DNA of 58,780 nucleotides from a virus (taxonomy: Duplodnaviria; Caudoviricetes): the IMG/VR virus record IMGVR_UViG_3300016484_000424, positions 1-58,780 of that record. The stretch is one strand, 5' to 3'. A model generated the notes under the pieces. The model was not told where the DNA came from, did no database searches, and saw only the letters and a program-made list of their open reading frames with translations. Shown here one piece after another: positions 39,425-47,903 of this stretch (positions are counted from its first letter, which is position 1; each line of letters begins with the position of its first letter). Made by a program: the position numbers and the translations under genes.

Positions 39425-39706
39425 CCGCTCATACGCAGCACGCAAGCGGGCCAAGTGCTCTTGGTTCATGTGGCCGTCGTCGAGGATGTCGGCAACCGCG
39501 GCCAGCAGTTCGGAGCCTGTGCGCTTGTCTGGCAGCACTTCCACACCCGCCACCTCGCGGTAGTCATAGGCGCCGTTCCGGTCCAGGCCGCCACCACGAA
39601 GCACGCTCTCCAACTCCTGGCACTCAGCATCTACGGTTTCCAGGCTCTCGGTAGCCAGCCCGGTTCCGCGATCAAGCTCGCGGCGGCGTATCACAAATCG
39701 AAGCAT
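39419..39706 (-). CDS. Hypothetical protein, cassette L1
   Basis: AGGAG RBS; stop falls in the core site. Confidence 0.75.
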   Translation of the reverse strand: MLRFVIRRRELDRGTGLATESLETVDAECQELESVLRGGGLDRNGAYDYREVAGVEVLPDKRTGSELLAAVADILDDGHMNQEHLARLRAAYERA

Positions 39707-39733
39707 GTTGATCTCCTAGGTTGTTGCGTGCCG

Positions 39734-39794
39734 GCCTAACAGGGCAATAGATCAGACCGGGCCGCGCCCGGCTCGCTCATCGCCAGCGTTAGGC
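39734..39794 (+). mobile_element. attC-like site L1 (61 bp)
   Basis: GCCTAAC-agggc-AATAGATC...GCTCATC-gccagc-GTTAGGC; L boxes imperfect. Confidence 0.8.
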
Positions 39795-40168
39795 CGCAGG
39801 GCCAGCATCGCTGCGCGGTACTGTTCGGTCTGCAGACGTTTCAGCGGTTCCTCGTTGCGCTTCAGCGCGCACCAAGCCACAGCGCCCGCCCACCCCCATT
39901 GCTCAACCGCTGCGCGCACTTCCTTCGCCTCGTGCGGCTCAAGCGCGCAGGCATCGGCGCTGGCGTAGTAAAAGGTGTCGTTGCAGTTCACGGCCGCGTG
40001 CCATCCATCATCCCAATCGCATATGCCCGAGTTGTAAGTGCCGAAGAAAACGTAGTTCCGCGCAGCTAGCCAAAACAGGTGCTCGCAGTCCTCCAGCGTC
40101 AGCGGCCTAACAGGTCGCTCAAGCGGGACCGCGTCGGCGCGGCTGCGTTGGTTTGCTTCGTCACTCAT
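39752..40168 (-). CDS. Hypothetical protein, cassette L2
   Basis: AAGGAGG RBS and start lie inside attC L2; NCNDTF.YA.ADA motif; ends inside attC L1. Confidence 0.8.
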   Translation of the reverse strand: MSDEANQRSRADAVPLERPVRPLTLEDCEHLFWLAARNYVFFGTYNSGICDWDDGWHAAVNCNDTFYYASADACALEPHEAKEVRAAVEQWGWAGAVAWCALKRNEEPLKRLQTEQYRAAMLALRPNAGDERAGRGPV

Positions 40169-40206
40169 GGCTCGCGCCTCCTTGTCCGGTTAGCTTTGCG
40201 TTATGC
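40105..40206 (+). mobile_element. attC-like site L2 (102 bp)
   Basis: GCCTAAC-aggtc-GCT(C)AAGC...GGTTAGC-tttgc-GTTATGC. Confidence 0.85.
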
Positions 40207-40470
40207 ATGCTCGAAGACATGGAACACCAGAGCGCCACCATGCGTTTGGTATGTGCCGATGAATCGCCCGATGATGTCTGGCAGATCAGGCATTGGCTTG
40301 ACCGTGCCATAGGTGGAAAACGCGCGCGATTCTGTCGGCGCCGTTTCATCAACAAGCGCCCACAGTTGCGGATCGCCGCCTTGCATCTGCACGCTCAGAA
40401 CTTCGGCGCCGCGCGGCATCAGCAATTCCTGATAGTCGGTTACCTGAAGGGTCCATTTCCAAATCCTCAC
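40201..40470 (-). CDS. Conserved small phage protein, cassette L3
   Basis: IWK..L.....Q...MP.GA.VLSVQ.Q....LWALVD...FIGT.Q...G.LVFHVFE. Confidence 0.8.
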   Translation of the reverse strand: MRIWKWTLQVTDYQELLMPRGAEVLSVQMQGGDPQLWALVDETAPTESRAFSTYGTVKPMPDLPDIIGRFIGTYQTHGGALVFHVFEHA

Positions 40471-40491
40471 GGCTCACTCCTTGCCATCAAT

Positions 40492-40578
40492 GCATAACAT
40501 CTAGCTGCAACAGACGCGCTGCAGCATTTGGGTTAATCGGTGCGTCCAGCGGGCGCGCTGTTGAGCATGGCGTTAGGC
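40492..40578 (+). mobile_element. attC-like site L3 (87 bp)
   Basis: GCATAAC-atcta-GCT(G)CAAC...GTTGAGC-atggc-GTTAGGC. Confidence 0.9.
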
Positions 40579-40865
40579 GGCTCGTGGCGCGCGGGCGGCC
40601 ATGCAGCGCGCGGGCTTTCGGCGTTGTCGGCCTCCATTGCCACCATCAGCGCAATCAGGGCTTCGCGGGTTCGCATCGAACGGCCGCCGCCAGCGCCGCC
40701 AGCGCAAAACTCCACCGTGCTGGTGTGAACTTGGCTGCCCATGCCCGTGCCGGTAACGGCCAGCACTACATCGCCGTCGTCCTGCAAATGCAGGACCATC
40801 TGGTGGTCGCCTGCAGGCCCCATATCGCCGCATCGTCCTACCGTCCGTTTCTTCGGCCATTCCAT
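40533..40865 (-). CDS. Hypothetical protein, cassette L4
   Basis: VEFC..G.GGGRS..TR.AL..L..AM..DN motif; C-terminus runs into attC L3. Confidence 0.75.
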   Translation of the reverse strand: MEWPKKRTVGRCGDMGPAGDHQMVLHLQDDGDVVLAVTGTGMGSQVHTSTVEFCAGGAGGGRSMRTREALIALMVAMEADNAESPRAAWPPARHEPPNAMLNSAPAGRTD

Positions 40866-40899
40866 CGCTCTCGCCCTTTCGTGCCTTCGTTCACCAGCC

Positions 40900-40997
40900 G
40901 CATAACACGTCGCTCAACACGAGCGCCAACGGGTCACGGCCTTTGCTCCTGTCCAGTCCTTCCCGCCGCTGGCTCCGTGTTAGCTCCAACGTTAGGC
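40900..40997 (+). mobile_element. attC-like site L4 (98 bp)
   Basis: GCATAAC-acgtc-GCT(C)AACA...TGTTAGC-tccaac-GTTAGGC. Confidence 0.9.
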
Positions 40998-41348
40998 CTT
41001 ACCGGGCCGCGCACGGGCAAAAGCTCCCACGCAGCTCGTGTCGCTCTTGGCCTGCTGCCTGAGTTCGGCCGCCGTGGTCACGCGCGGCTTGCTTCGGTGC
41101 TTGGCCGCTACCGCTTCAAGTTCTCGCGGCGTCACCGGCGCATTCATGTAGCCGCCCGCGTAGTCAGCGAGCGCCATGCGCAGTATCTGGTGCGCCTCGC
41201 GCCCTTCCGCGATCCGCACAACTTCCGGGGAGCGGTTTAGCAGCGCCACGGCTTGGCACACTGCAGCGTGCAGCGCTTCGGCGGCAGCAGGCCTAACCCC
41301 TCGGTCAACGGCGACACCTGCCGGCTGGTCACTCTTGCTCATCTTCAA
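40992..41348 (-). CDS. Hypothetical protein, cassette L5
   Basis: AGGAG RBS and start lie inside attC L5; stop falls in the core. Confidence 0.7.
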   Translation of the reverse strand: MKMSKSDQPAGVAVDRGVRPAAAEALHAAVCQAVALLNRSPEVVRIAEGREAHQILRMALADYAGGYMNAPVTPRELEAVAAKHRSKPRVTTAAELRQQAKSDTSCVGAFARARPGKA

Positions 41349-41391
41349 TCTCCTGTAGCGCCGCCGTCAGCGGCTCAACTCTGCGTTAGAA
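41291..41391 (+). mobile_element. attC-like site L5 (101 bp)
   Basis: GCCTAAC-ccctc-GGTCAACG...GCTCAAC-tctgc-GTTAGAA; L boxes pair poorly (possible hybrid). Confidence 0.7.
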
Positions 41392-41853
41392 CTCACCCTC
41401 CGCCACCTGGAAGCATGGCACGCCGGCAGCGCGCCACATCTTCACCATCCGGTCGCGGTCCTCAAACACTGCCACCAGCCGCGCCTTGTCGCTGACCAGC
41501 ATGTCGTCAAGCCAGCGCTTCTTGAGCACGTCGTCTGGTGTGTAGTCGCCGGCCTTGCGCATGGTCAACATCGGGCCTTCCAACTCCCAAGACATGAAGG
41601 TCGTCTTGTCGGCCAGCCACTTGACCGTCTGCGTCCGCACCTCATCGCTGCGCCCGCTGAAAATCCAGATGTCGGCCCCCGCATGGCGCAGCCGTTCCAT
41701 CGTGTCGATAACAGGGTCGTTCGGGAGGTCGTCCGCGCACGCGGCGTAAAACGCTTTCCAATCTTGTTCGCCGCGCGGGCGCTCCACGTACTTGCGGCGG
41801 TGCTCAATCAGCGCCAGGGTGCCGTCAAGATCAAAGATGTACAGAGGTCTCAT
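41386..41853 (-). CDS. HAD-family phosphatase (PNKP 3'-phosphatase-like)
   Basis: IFDLDGTL, SGR, MR..GD..PD..LK, FEDR..V.MWR..G.PCFQVA. Confidence 0.85.
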   Translation of the reverse strand: MRPLYIFDLDGTLALIEHRRKYVERPRGEQDWKAFYAACADDLPNDPVIDTMERLRHAGADIWIFSGRSDEVRTQTVKWLADKTTFMSWELEGPMLTMRKAGDYTPDDVLKKRWLDDMLVSDKARLVAVFEDRDRMVKMWRAAGVPCFQVAEGEF

Positions 41854-42797
41854 TTCGCGCCCCTCCGCTGCCAAGCCACCCAGCCCAGCCCCAGCAGCAT
41901 CAATGCCCACTCGGCAGGCTCTGGCACTGGCGCCACCGGCACAGCCGAGTCAGGCAGTTTCACCGGCTCTGGAACTGGTGCAACCGGCGCCCCAGGCGCA
42001 GGCGACATCACTGCATCACCGATGATCGGCGTCACCTTCTTCGCATCGATCACCATCGGCGCCACGCCCGGAACCGGCGCGAACGTCAGCACTGAAGGCG
42101 TGGCAGCAAACGCCACCGGCTGCACCCACAGCGGACCCAGGAGCGGCGCGGGCAGGGTCGGCCAGTAGATCGGTACAGCAGGCGGCAAGAGAGGTCGCCA
42201 AGTGTCTTCCGGCGTGTCCAACTCTTGGTTGCCATCGGGGATCGGCTCAGGCGCAGACAGCCGCGCGAATGATTGCCTCGGCACGGCATCGGCAACCGGT
42301 CCCGGCGTCACATCAGGCACGCTCACCGGCACGGCCACTGGCAGCGGCGGGACCAGCGCGGGCGGGGCTTCTGTCGTCAGGCTGGGCGGCGGTGAGATGC
42401 GATTGCCTCGGGTGATGAGGCTTACATTCCGGCAGACACTCGGGACCGCAATCGACCACTCGCCTACCGTGTAGATGAGCGCCCGCTCGCCGGTGTCCTT
42501 GGGCGCCCACATGCTGGTGTTGACAATGCCGCACAGCTTCGAGCCGTTCCCGAAGTGCATCATTCGCAGCGGGCCATATTCCCACGTTGCAGACGCGATC
42601 CCGGCGCTGGTGATGTGCGCTGTGTCGTCGTACTGGCGTGCGCGCATCTTGGCTTTCAGCGCCTCGCGGGTGGGCTTCGGAATCTGCGTGTAGGTGTCCA
42701 CAGCCGAAGGCAGATCGCCCATGTAGGGATCTAGGCCGCGGTCGGACCAATTGCACGTTGCAGTGATTGCCGCAGCGGCGGCTAGGGTGAGGATCAT
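41850..42797 (-). CDS. MHFG-family PEP-CTERM protein
   Basis: C.W...G.DPYMG, MHFG, VPSVCRNVS; C-terminal VPEP.EWALMLLGLGWVAWQRR. Confidence 0.85.
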   Translation of the reverse strand: MILTLAAAAAITATCNWSDRGLDPYMGDLPSAVDTYTQIPKPTREALKAKMRARQYDDTAHITSAGIASATWEYGPLRMMHFGNGSKLCGIVNTSMWAPKDTGERALIYTVGEWSIAVPSVCRNVSLITRGNRISPPPSLTTEAPPALVPPLPVAVPVSVPDVTPGPVADAVPRQSFARLSAPEPIPDGNQELDTPEDTWRPLLPPAVPIYWPTLPAPLLGPLWVQPVAFAATPSVLTFAPVPGVAPMVIDAKKVTPIIGDAVMSPAPGAPVAPVPEPVKLPDSAVPVAPVPEPAEWALMLLGLGWVAWQRRGAK

Positions 42798-43177
42798 GTC
42801 GGTTCCTTCGGTTGATCTTGCGGCGCGTGCCCGTCAATCTTTGCCCGCCATTCTTCGGCCCAAAGCACCACCGGCATTGGCACGATGTCGCCATCGGGCA
42901 GCATCCCGGTTGCCTCAATAGCGCGGATGTCGGTCGCCAGATCACGCCACCGCTCGCGCTCTGCGGCCACGGCCGCGTCAAGCGCCGCTTGGTCGTACAG
43001 CGGCACCAGCCTGTCGCCGTCCAGCTCCGCAAACTCGCGCTCTTCCTGGCTGGGCTCTCCCGCACTTACTCCGCGCACAAGGTGGCGGCCGGGAATGCGC
43101 TGCACTTTTGGTTCACGAAGCCAAGCGCGCGGCCTGGATTTAGTCAACGCGAAGATTTCCGCCAAAGGGTCCATCAC
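42794..43177 (-). CDS. Hypothetical protein
   Basis: Operon-coupled; VPLYDQAALDAAVAAERER. Confidence 0.65.
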   Translation of the reverse strand: MMDPLAEIFALTKSRPRAWLREPKVQRIPGRHLVRGVSAGEPSQEEREFAELDGDRLVPLYDQAALDAAVAAERERWRDLATDIRAIEATGMLPDGDIVPMPVVLWAEEWRAKIDGHAPQDQPKEPT

Positions 43178-43192
43178 ATCACCTCGGTAGCG

Positions 43193-43435
43193 TTATGCCT
43201 TTTGCTTCTTCGGCTGCGCCAGTTCAGCGAGTGCCGCAAGTCGCCCAAGCCTGTCTGCGGCTACGGCAGCCGAGTACAGCGCGTCTGCCGCGTGCTTTTC
43301 CTGCTCATCCAGCATCACGGAGAGGACCGGCCACGCATCCCCATTTCGCGGCAGCGCGTCAATCTTTGCCCTGGCATCGTCTCGAACGCGCATGAAAAAC
43401 ACCATCTTGTCGGCAAGACTTTTGTAATCGCTCAT
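43193..43435 (-). CDS. Hypothetical protein
   Basis: TGATG coupling; stop falls in GCATAAC. Confidence 0.6.
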   Translation of the reverse strand: MSDYKSLADKMVFFMRVRDDARAKIDALPRNGDAWPVLSVMLDEQEKHAADALYSAAVAADRLGRLAALAELAQPKKQKA

Positions 43436-43647
43436 CAATGCACCCCAGAGCCGCACTCGGCGGCAAACTGTCGAATCACTTGGCGCGAGGCCTCATGGCC
43501 GATGGAGACTTCGCAGAAGCTGGCGATGTGGGAGAACAGCAACAGCCAATAGCCCGCTGGGTTCTCTTTGCTTTCCCAGTGCCCATCTGCGATGAACTGC
43601 GCCGCATTGCAAGCGGCGCGGGTGGCCGCCCTTTCTGGCGTACTCAT
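43435..43647 (-). CDS. Hypothetical protein
   Basis: Overlap-coupled ORF. Confidence 0.55.
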   Translation of the reverse strand: MSTPERAATRAACNAAQFIADGHWESKENPAGYWLLLFSHIASFCEVSIGHEASRQVIRQFAAECGSGVH

Positions 43648-44330
43648 GCCAACATCTCCTTCGGCAGCCGCGTCGGGATCTCTACCCCCTGACGGCGTGC
43701 CATGTAGTCATTGGTGATCGCGCGCTCGAAGTCTGGCTTCGCCGCAAACCTGTCAGGCACCGATGGGCCGTACTGGATCTTCAAACCTTCGGGGATCTTG
43801 GCTTCAATGCCTGCCCACTTGGGCTGTGACGTTGTGACTGTGCGCGTGGTCTTCTGCTGCGCTGCCGCTCGGTCGCGGATCGCCTGCTTGGCGGCAAGTT
43901 CCTTGGCCCGCTGTTCGCGCTTCTCGCGCCGTGCGTCGGCTCTGGCTTGGCGCTCCTTGGCTTCGCGCTCCCGCTGGGCTGCTGCGGCTGCCTTCTCGGC
44001 CTGACGCCGGTAGAAGCCATTGCGAAGCCTGCGAGCCCGCTGGTTCTGCGCTTCCGCCGCGGCCTTGACTGCCGCAACCTGCGCTGCGCGCGTCTCTGCC
44101 CAGCATGCCTGAGCGGCTTCAGCAGCGGTGCGGTCGGTGTGATAGTTGCATCCGCGCTCGCCCCGCGCGCCGACACGGAACAGTTCCTCGGCATCCATGA
44201 GCCTGTGGATAGCGGACTTCAGGCTGTTTGACGGGCATCCGAGCGCATTGAGGATCTGCGTGATCGTGCTGCCTGGGTTCGCGGCCACGAAGTCGAGAAC
44301 GGCGTTCTGCAGGGGTGTTCGCTCGGTCAT
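43644..44330 (-). CDS. Winged-HTH protein
   Basis: VLDFV..NPGST..QI..ALG.....K..I.RL; coiled coil. Confidence 0.6.
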   Translation of the reverse strand: MTERTPLQNAVLDFVAANPGSTITQILNALGCPSNSLKSAIHRLMDAEELFRVGARGERGCNYHTDRTAAEAAQACWAETRAAQVAAVKAAAEAQNQRARRLRNGFYRRQAEKAAAAAQREREAKERQARADARREKREQRAKELAAKQAIRDRAAAQQKTTRTVTTSQPKWAGIEAKIPEGLKIQYGPSVPDRFAAKPDFERAITNDYMARRQGVEIPTRLPKEMLA

Positions 44331-45007
44331 GCCGCCTCCAGTTCCGGTTGCTGGAATCGCGCCGTGCGGCCGTCCTGCGGCTTGCCGGTGGCCAGCCCGC
44401 GCATCAGCTTGGTGAAGGCGCGGCGCTGGCTCTTGATAGCGTTGTGGCGCGAGTAGAGTTCGCTCTTGGTCTTGGGCTTCGGCTTGCGCTTGTCCGCCTT
44501 GCCTGGGCCCCAGGCATAGAGTGGGAAGCCAGTGCCGCCGTTCTCGCGGAGTTCGTACTCGGCGATGTAGACCAGCCCGTGAGACTTCAGCGCGGCTATC
44601 GTCTCGCGGGCTCGGCGCGGAGAGCAGCCCACTTCCTCGGCCAGCGTTGTGCCAAGGTGCGATTCGATCATCAGGGCCTTGATCGTGTTGGCAAAGGTCA
44701 GCAACTCAATCGGCGTGCGGTTGCGTGTCTGCTTGCGACCGCCTCCTGGCCACTGAACATCATCCCCAGTGCCGAAGGCATAGATCGGCGTGCGGGCGCG
44801 GGCGTTCCCGTTCACCACATGCCACCCGACAATGTGCGTCAGGCCGGTGCGGTGGAATGCGTTGCAGATCCGCTGCGCCGTCATGCGCTCGGTCTGCATG
44901 GCAGCGGCAACCGTGTGCCAGGTGGCGCCACCGGCAACGCTGACGGCCAGCGCATGTGCGTAGCCGGTGGCAGTGAATCGCTGGCCGGGCTTGAGGATGG
45001 TCATCAC
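44327..45007 (-). CDS. Tandem HTH-like protein
   Basis: Two repeats of HTH...HI..W...P.YA.G.G.D. Confidence 0.6.
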   Translation of the reverse strand: MMTILKPGQRFTATGYAHALAVSVAGGATWHTVAAAMQTERMTAQRICNAFHRTGLTHIVGWHVVNGNARARTPIYAFGTGDDVQWPGGGRKQTRNRTPIELLTFANTIKALMIESHLGTTLAEEVGCSPRRARETIAALKSHGLVYIAEYELRENGGTGFPLYAWGPGKADKRKPKPKTKSELYSRHNAIKSQRRAFTKLMRGLATGKPQDGRTARFQQPELEAA

Positions 45008-45927
45008 GCGGCCTCCAGCAGATCGCCATCTGCACGCTTCGGTGCGCCAGCGGTCATGTCGGCCATGCGCTCGCGCTCCAGGGCCGCGTGCTCGGCAATG
45101 TCGGCCGCAGTCGGCTCGCCGTCGCCAATCAGGTCTTCCTTCTTGGCCCCAGCCAGCAGGCGCACCCGGTAGGACTCGACCAGTTCATCCAGGGCCAGGA
45201 GGTCGGCCTCCAGTTGCTCGACCTCGTCCTCGACACCTTCGTCCTTGCGGTCGATGGTGCAGACGGTCAGATCGCGGCCGATGACTTCGAGGGAGGGGAC
45301 GTAGAGCGTGGCGTGCCAAACCCTCCGGCCCGTCAACCACAGGCCCATCAGGCACTGGTCACGGATGCTGCTGAAGTCGTTGTCCAGCAGCATGGGCATG
45401 ATCTTTGATGGATCGACGAAGGCTTTGCACTCCCAGCCTGCGTCATCGCCAATGAAGCCATCGGCGCTGGCAGCAAACTTCCCATCACTCGTGCAGGCGG
45501 CGCCTACTTCCTCGATGATGCAGTCGTGTCGGAGCTCGTAGAGCATCCTGGCTTCGCTCTCAAGCCTGATGCCGCGCTTCGAGAAGAACGATCCTTTAAA
45601 GTTCTCGTCAAGCGGGTAGCAGGTGATGCGCTCAACGGCCAGCCGGAACGCGAACTTCTTTGACTCTTCGCCCCACTCGCCAACCGGCATTCCGGCCAGG
45701 GCCTTGTCGATCGCTTCGGCGCGTGGCTTTGCGCGGTAGCCAGCGGCCAGCATTGCGGACTTCTCGTCTGCGCCCGACTTGATGGCGGCGACGTATGTGG
45801 CTTGCTGCGCTGTCAGTCGTCCGACCTTGCGGGACAAGTACGCTTTGCTGGCAGTGATCCGGCCCGCACGAACGACACGCCACTCTGGCGAGCCTTGTGG
45901 GCTTGTGTCGATGAAGATGTCGGTCAT
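45004..45927 (-). CDS. YqaJ/lambda-exonuclease family protein
   Basis: QGS.EW...R.G.ITAS, RG..LE.EAR..YE, ASADG, ECK. Confidence 0.85.
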   Translation of the reverse strand: MTDIFIDTSPQGSPEWRVVRAGRITASKAYLSRKVGRLTAQQATYVAAIKSGADEKSAMLAAGYRAKPRAEAIDKALAGMPVGEWGEESKKFAFRLAVERITCYPLDENFKGSFFSKRGIRLESEARMLYELRHDCIIEEVGAACTSDGKFAASADGFIGDDAGWECKAFVDPSKIMPMLLDNDFSSIRDQCLMGLWLTGRRVWHATLYVPSLEVIGRDLTVCTIDRKDEGVEDEVEQLEADLLALDELVESYRVRLLAGAKKEDLIGDGEPTAADIAEHAALERERMADMTAGAPKRADGDLLEAA

Positions 45928-46697
45928 GCCGCAGCCCCTTCGGCCTTCTCCGCGGCCTTCGCGGCCAGGGTCTTGCGATGATCGGCGGTGGCTTCCTTGA
46001 ATGCCTCGTAGGCCTTCTTGTCCGATGCCAACTGAGCGCGCTGCCCCTTGAAGTAGGTCAGAGCCTCGTCGTCGGTGGTGGTCTTCTTCATCTCGAAGAT
46101 CAGCTCGTTCAGCAGATCATTGGCAGCAACGCCAGCGGCACCAGAAGATGCGCCATCGTCGTCCTCGTCCGTGGCCGCCATGCCCGTGATCGCCATGAAC
46201 GTGTACCGGCGAAGGTAGCTGTGCGCTGATGCGCGGGCCTGGATCGCGTTCTTGGCGCCGCCCGAGTCAGGCGGGCCGCCCATGGTCACGGTTTCGGAGT
46301 GGCCCTGCTTGTGAGCCAGCACGCAGGCGACTTCGATCCAGTCCTTCTCGTCCTTGGTCACGCGCCAGCTTGCCGACAGGCCGTGCCGCGACAGGGCCGG
46401 GGTGAGCGAATCAACCACGGCGAACAAATCAGCGTAGGACTTGCCTTTGAGTGGGCCGTCCTTCACGTCAGTGTTCTTGACGATCCGCACGCCTTCGGAC
46501 TTAAATGCTGCGAAGGCATCGTTGTAGGCCTTGCGAGCCTCGCCTGCCTCGAATCGGTCCTGCAGCGTCATCAGGCGCTCCAGCACATCCAGGCTCGCGC
46601 CCCTCTCGATGGCTGTTTGCAGCAGCAGTGCTGGGGCCATCGGCTGGACGGTTGCCACAGGCTGCTGGGTTGCTTCAATGATTTCGGTGGTTGTCAC
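45924..46697 (-). CDS. erf: ERF-family ssDNA annealing protein
   Basis: YADL..V...L..HGLS..W, L.H..GHSE, N.IQA..S..SY.RRY, DDDG. Confidence 0.9.
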   Translation of the reverse strand: MTTTEIIEATQQPVATVQPMAPALLLQTAIERGASLDVLERLMTLQDRFEAGEARKAYNDAFAAFKSEGVRIVKNTDVKDGPLKGKSYADLFAVVDSLTPALSRHGLSASWRVTKDEKDWIEVACVLAHKQGHSETVTMGGPPDSGGAKNAIQARASAHSYLRRYTFMAITGMAATDEDDDGASSGAAGVAANDLLNELIFEMKKTTTDDEALTYFKGQRAQLASDKKAYEAFKEATADHRKTLAAKAAEKAEGAAA

Positions 46698-46969
46698 ATC
46701 AATCTCCAGAACGTTGTAGAGAGCCGGTGCCTTTCGGCGCGCAATGGGAATCGGGAGGAGGAGGGAGGAGGAACCCCACTGCCCGGCTGAAAATCAAATG
46801 CAGGCCCGCGGGCAGATCGGCTGCTTCGCGGGTCGCTCCAAGTCTTCGCCGCCCCCGCATCCGACGAAGGGCGCGAGAAGGAGGCACAGGGTGATCAAGG
46901 CCAAGTAGCGCGGCCAGCGCGGAGACTTCGGCTGCGGCGGGCGGTGCGATGGGAGGGGAGGTAGAGGCT

Positions 46970-47293
46970 TCATGACTGGCCCTCCGCTTTCGCGATGGCG
47001 GCGCGGGCCTGCCTGATGCTCGACTTGATGCCTGGATTTGTTGACGGACTATCAAGATCGAATCTGTCTGCATAGTCCGCAGTGATTTCTTTCAGCGCCT
47101 CCAAAAGCTCAGGAGCGGCAGCGATCAGGCGGCAGTTCGCTGCCGACTCGTTACCGCTGCGGCGGCCACCAAGACCGTATGCGCCCTTCAGATTCATCAT
47201 CATTGCCACGCGGCCAAGGTCGGGGCCTGTCACGTAGTACGCCTCTTCAAAGTGCGCCTTCCACGGACCAGGCGTGTGCTTTGCGCTGCTCAT
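46970..47293 (-). CDS. Hypothetical phage protein
   Basis: KHTPGPW...AN.RLIAAAPELLEAL family motif. Confidence 0.8.
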   Translation of the reverse strand: MSSAKHTPGPWKAHFEEAYYVTGPDLGRVAMMMNLKGAYGLGGRRSGNESAANCRLIAAAPELLEALKEITADYADRFDLDSPSTNPGIKSSIRQARAAIAKAEGQS

Positions 47294-47688
47294 GACTTCA
47301 CCCACTCGGCAACCCGCACGCCTACATGCCAGCAGGTGGCCACGGCCAGCATCGCCAGCAGCAGCCCCGCAGTGATGCGAGCGAACAAGCCCGGCTGCGG
47401 CTTGACTTCTCGGGCAAACGCGGCAACCTCAATCGCCGCAATCTGCGCCTCGTAGGCATCGGCCTGCTGTTGGTACTCGCGGATCGAAGGAGAGTCCAGA
47501 ACTCCGAACGCCCTCGCCTCGCGGATCTCGTCGCGTGCGCAGTCAGCACGCCATTGAAGCCATGCGCAGCGGATGGTTTCGAGCACGGTCAGGCGCGGGT
47601 CGGAGAGGTCCGCCACGGCCCCTGGCAGCGGCTGGACGTAGCTGAAGTCGCCTTCTCCAAGTTCGGCGATGAAGCGGTTGCCTTTCAT
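47290..47688 (-). CDS. Hypothetical membrane protein
   Basis: Overlap-coupled; C-terminal TM. Confidence 0.55.
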   Translation of the reverse strand: MKGNRFIAELGEGDFSYVQPLPGAVADLSDPRLTVLETIRCAWLQWRADCARDEIREARAFGVLDSPSIREYQQQADAYEAQIAAIEVAAFAREVKPQPGLFARITAGLLLAMLAVATCWHVGVRVAEWVKS

Positions 47689-47903
47689 TCGGTCCTCCAC
47701 ACGCGAACGTTGTCGCCTTCCCTGCGCTGGCAGAAGCGGAAGCCAGGGCAGATCTTTTTGGCCGACTGGATGACGCCACCGACTCCGGGGCTAGAGACTC
47801 CGACGATCAAGATCGAGTCGCCGACTTCCATTTCCTTCCATGGGTACTTCGCATTCGCGCCCTTCTTAGGCGGAATGGGGATGCCCTTGTCGATCTGAAT
47901 CAT
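47685..47903 (-). CDS. Small DNA-binding-like protein
   Basis: IDKGIPIP.....KYPW..MEVGDS...VRVWR. Confidence 0.75.
   Translation of the reverse strand: MIQIDKGIPIPPKKGANAKYPWKEMEVGDSILIVGVSSPGVGGVIQSAKKICPGFRFCQRREGDNVRVWRTE

Noticed and set aside
39734-41391. Interspersed hairpins read as a CRISPR array, REP elements or terminators
   Set aside because: Units differ in length and sequence, spacers are whole genes, there are no U tails or cas genes, and the box architecture fits attC
46700-46965. Non-coding gap as a tRNA or ncRNA
   Set aside because: Small hairpins only; no cloverleaf or recognisable family by eye
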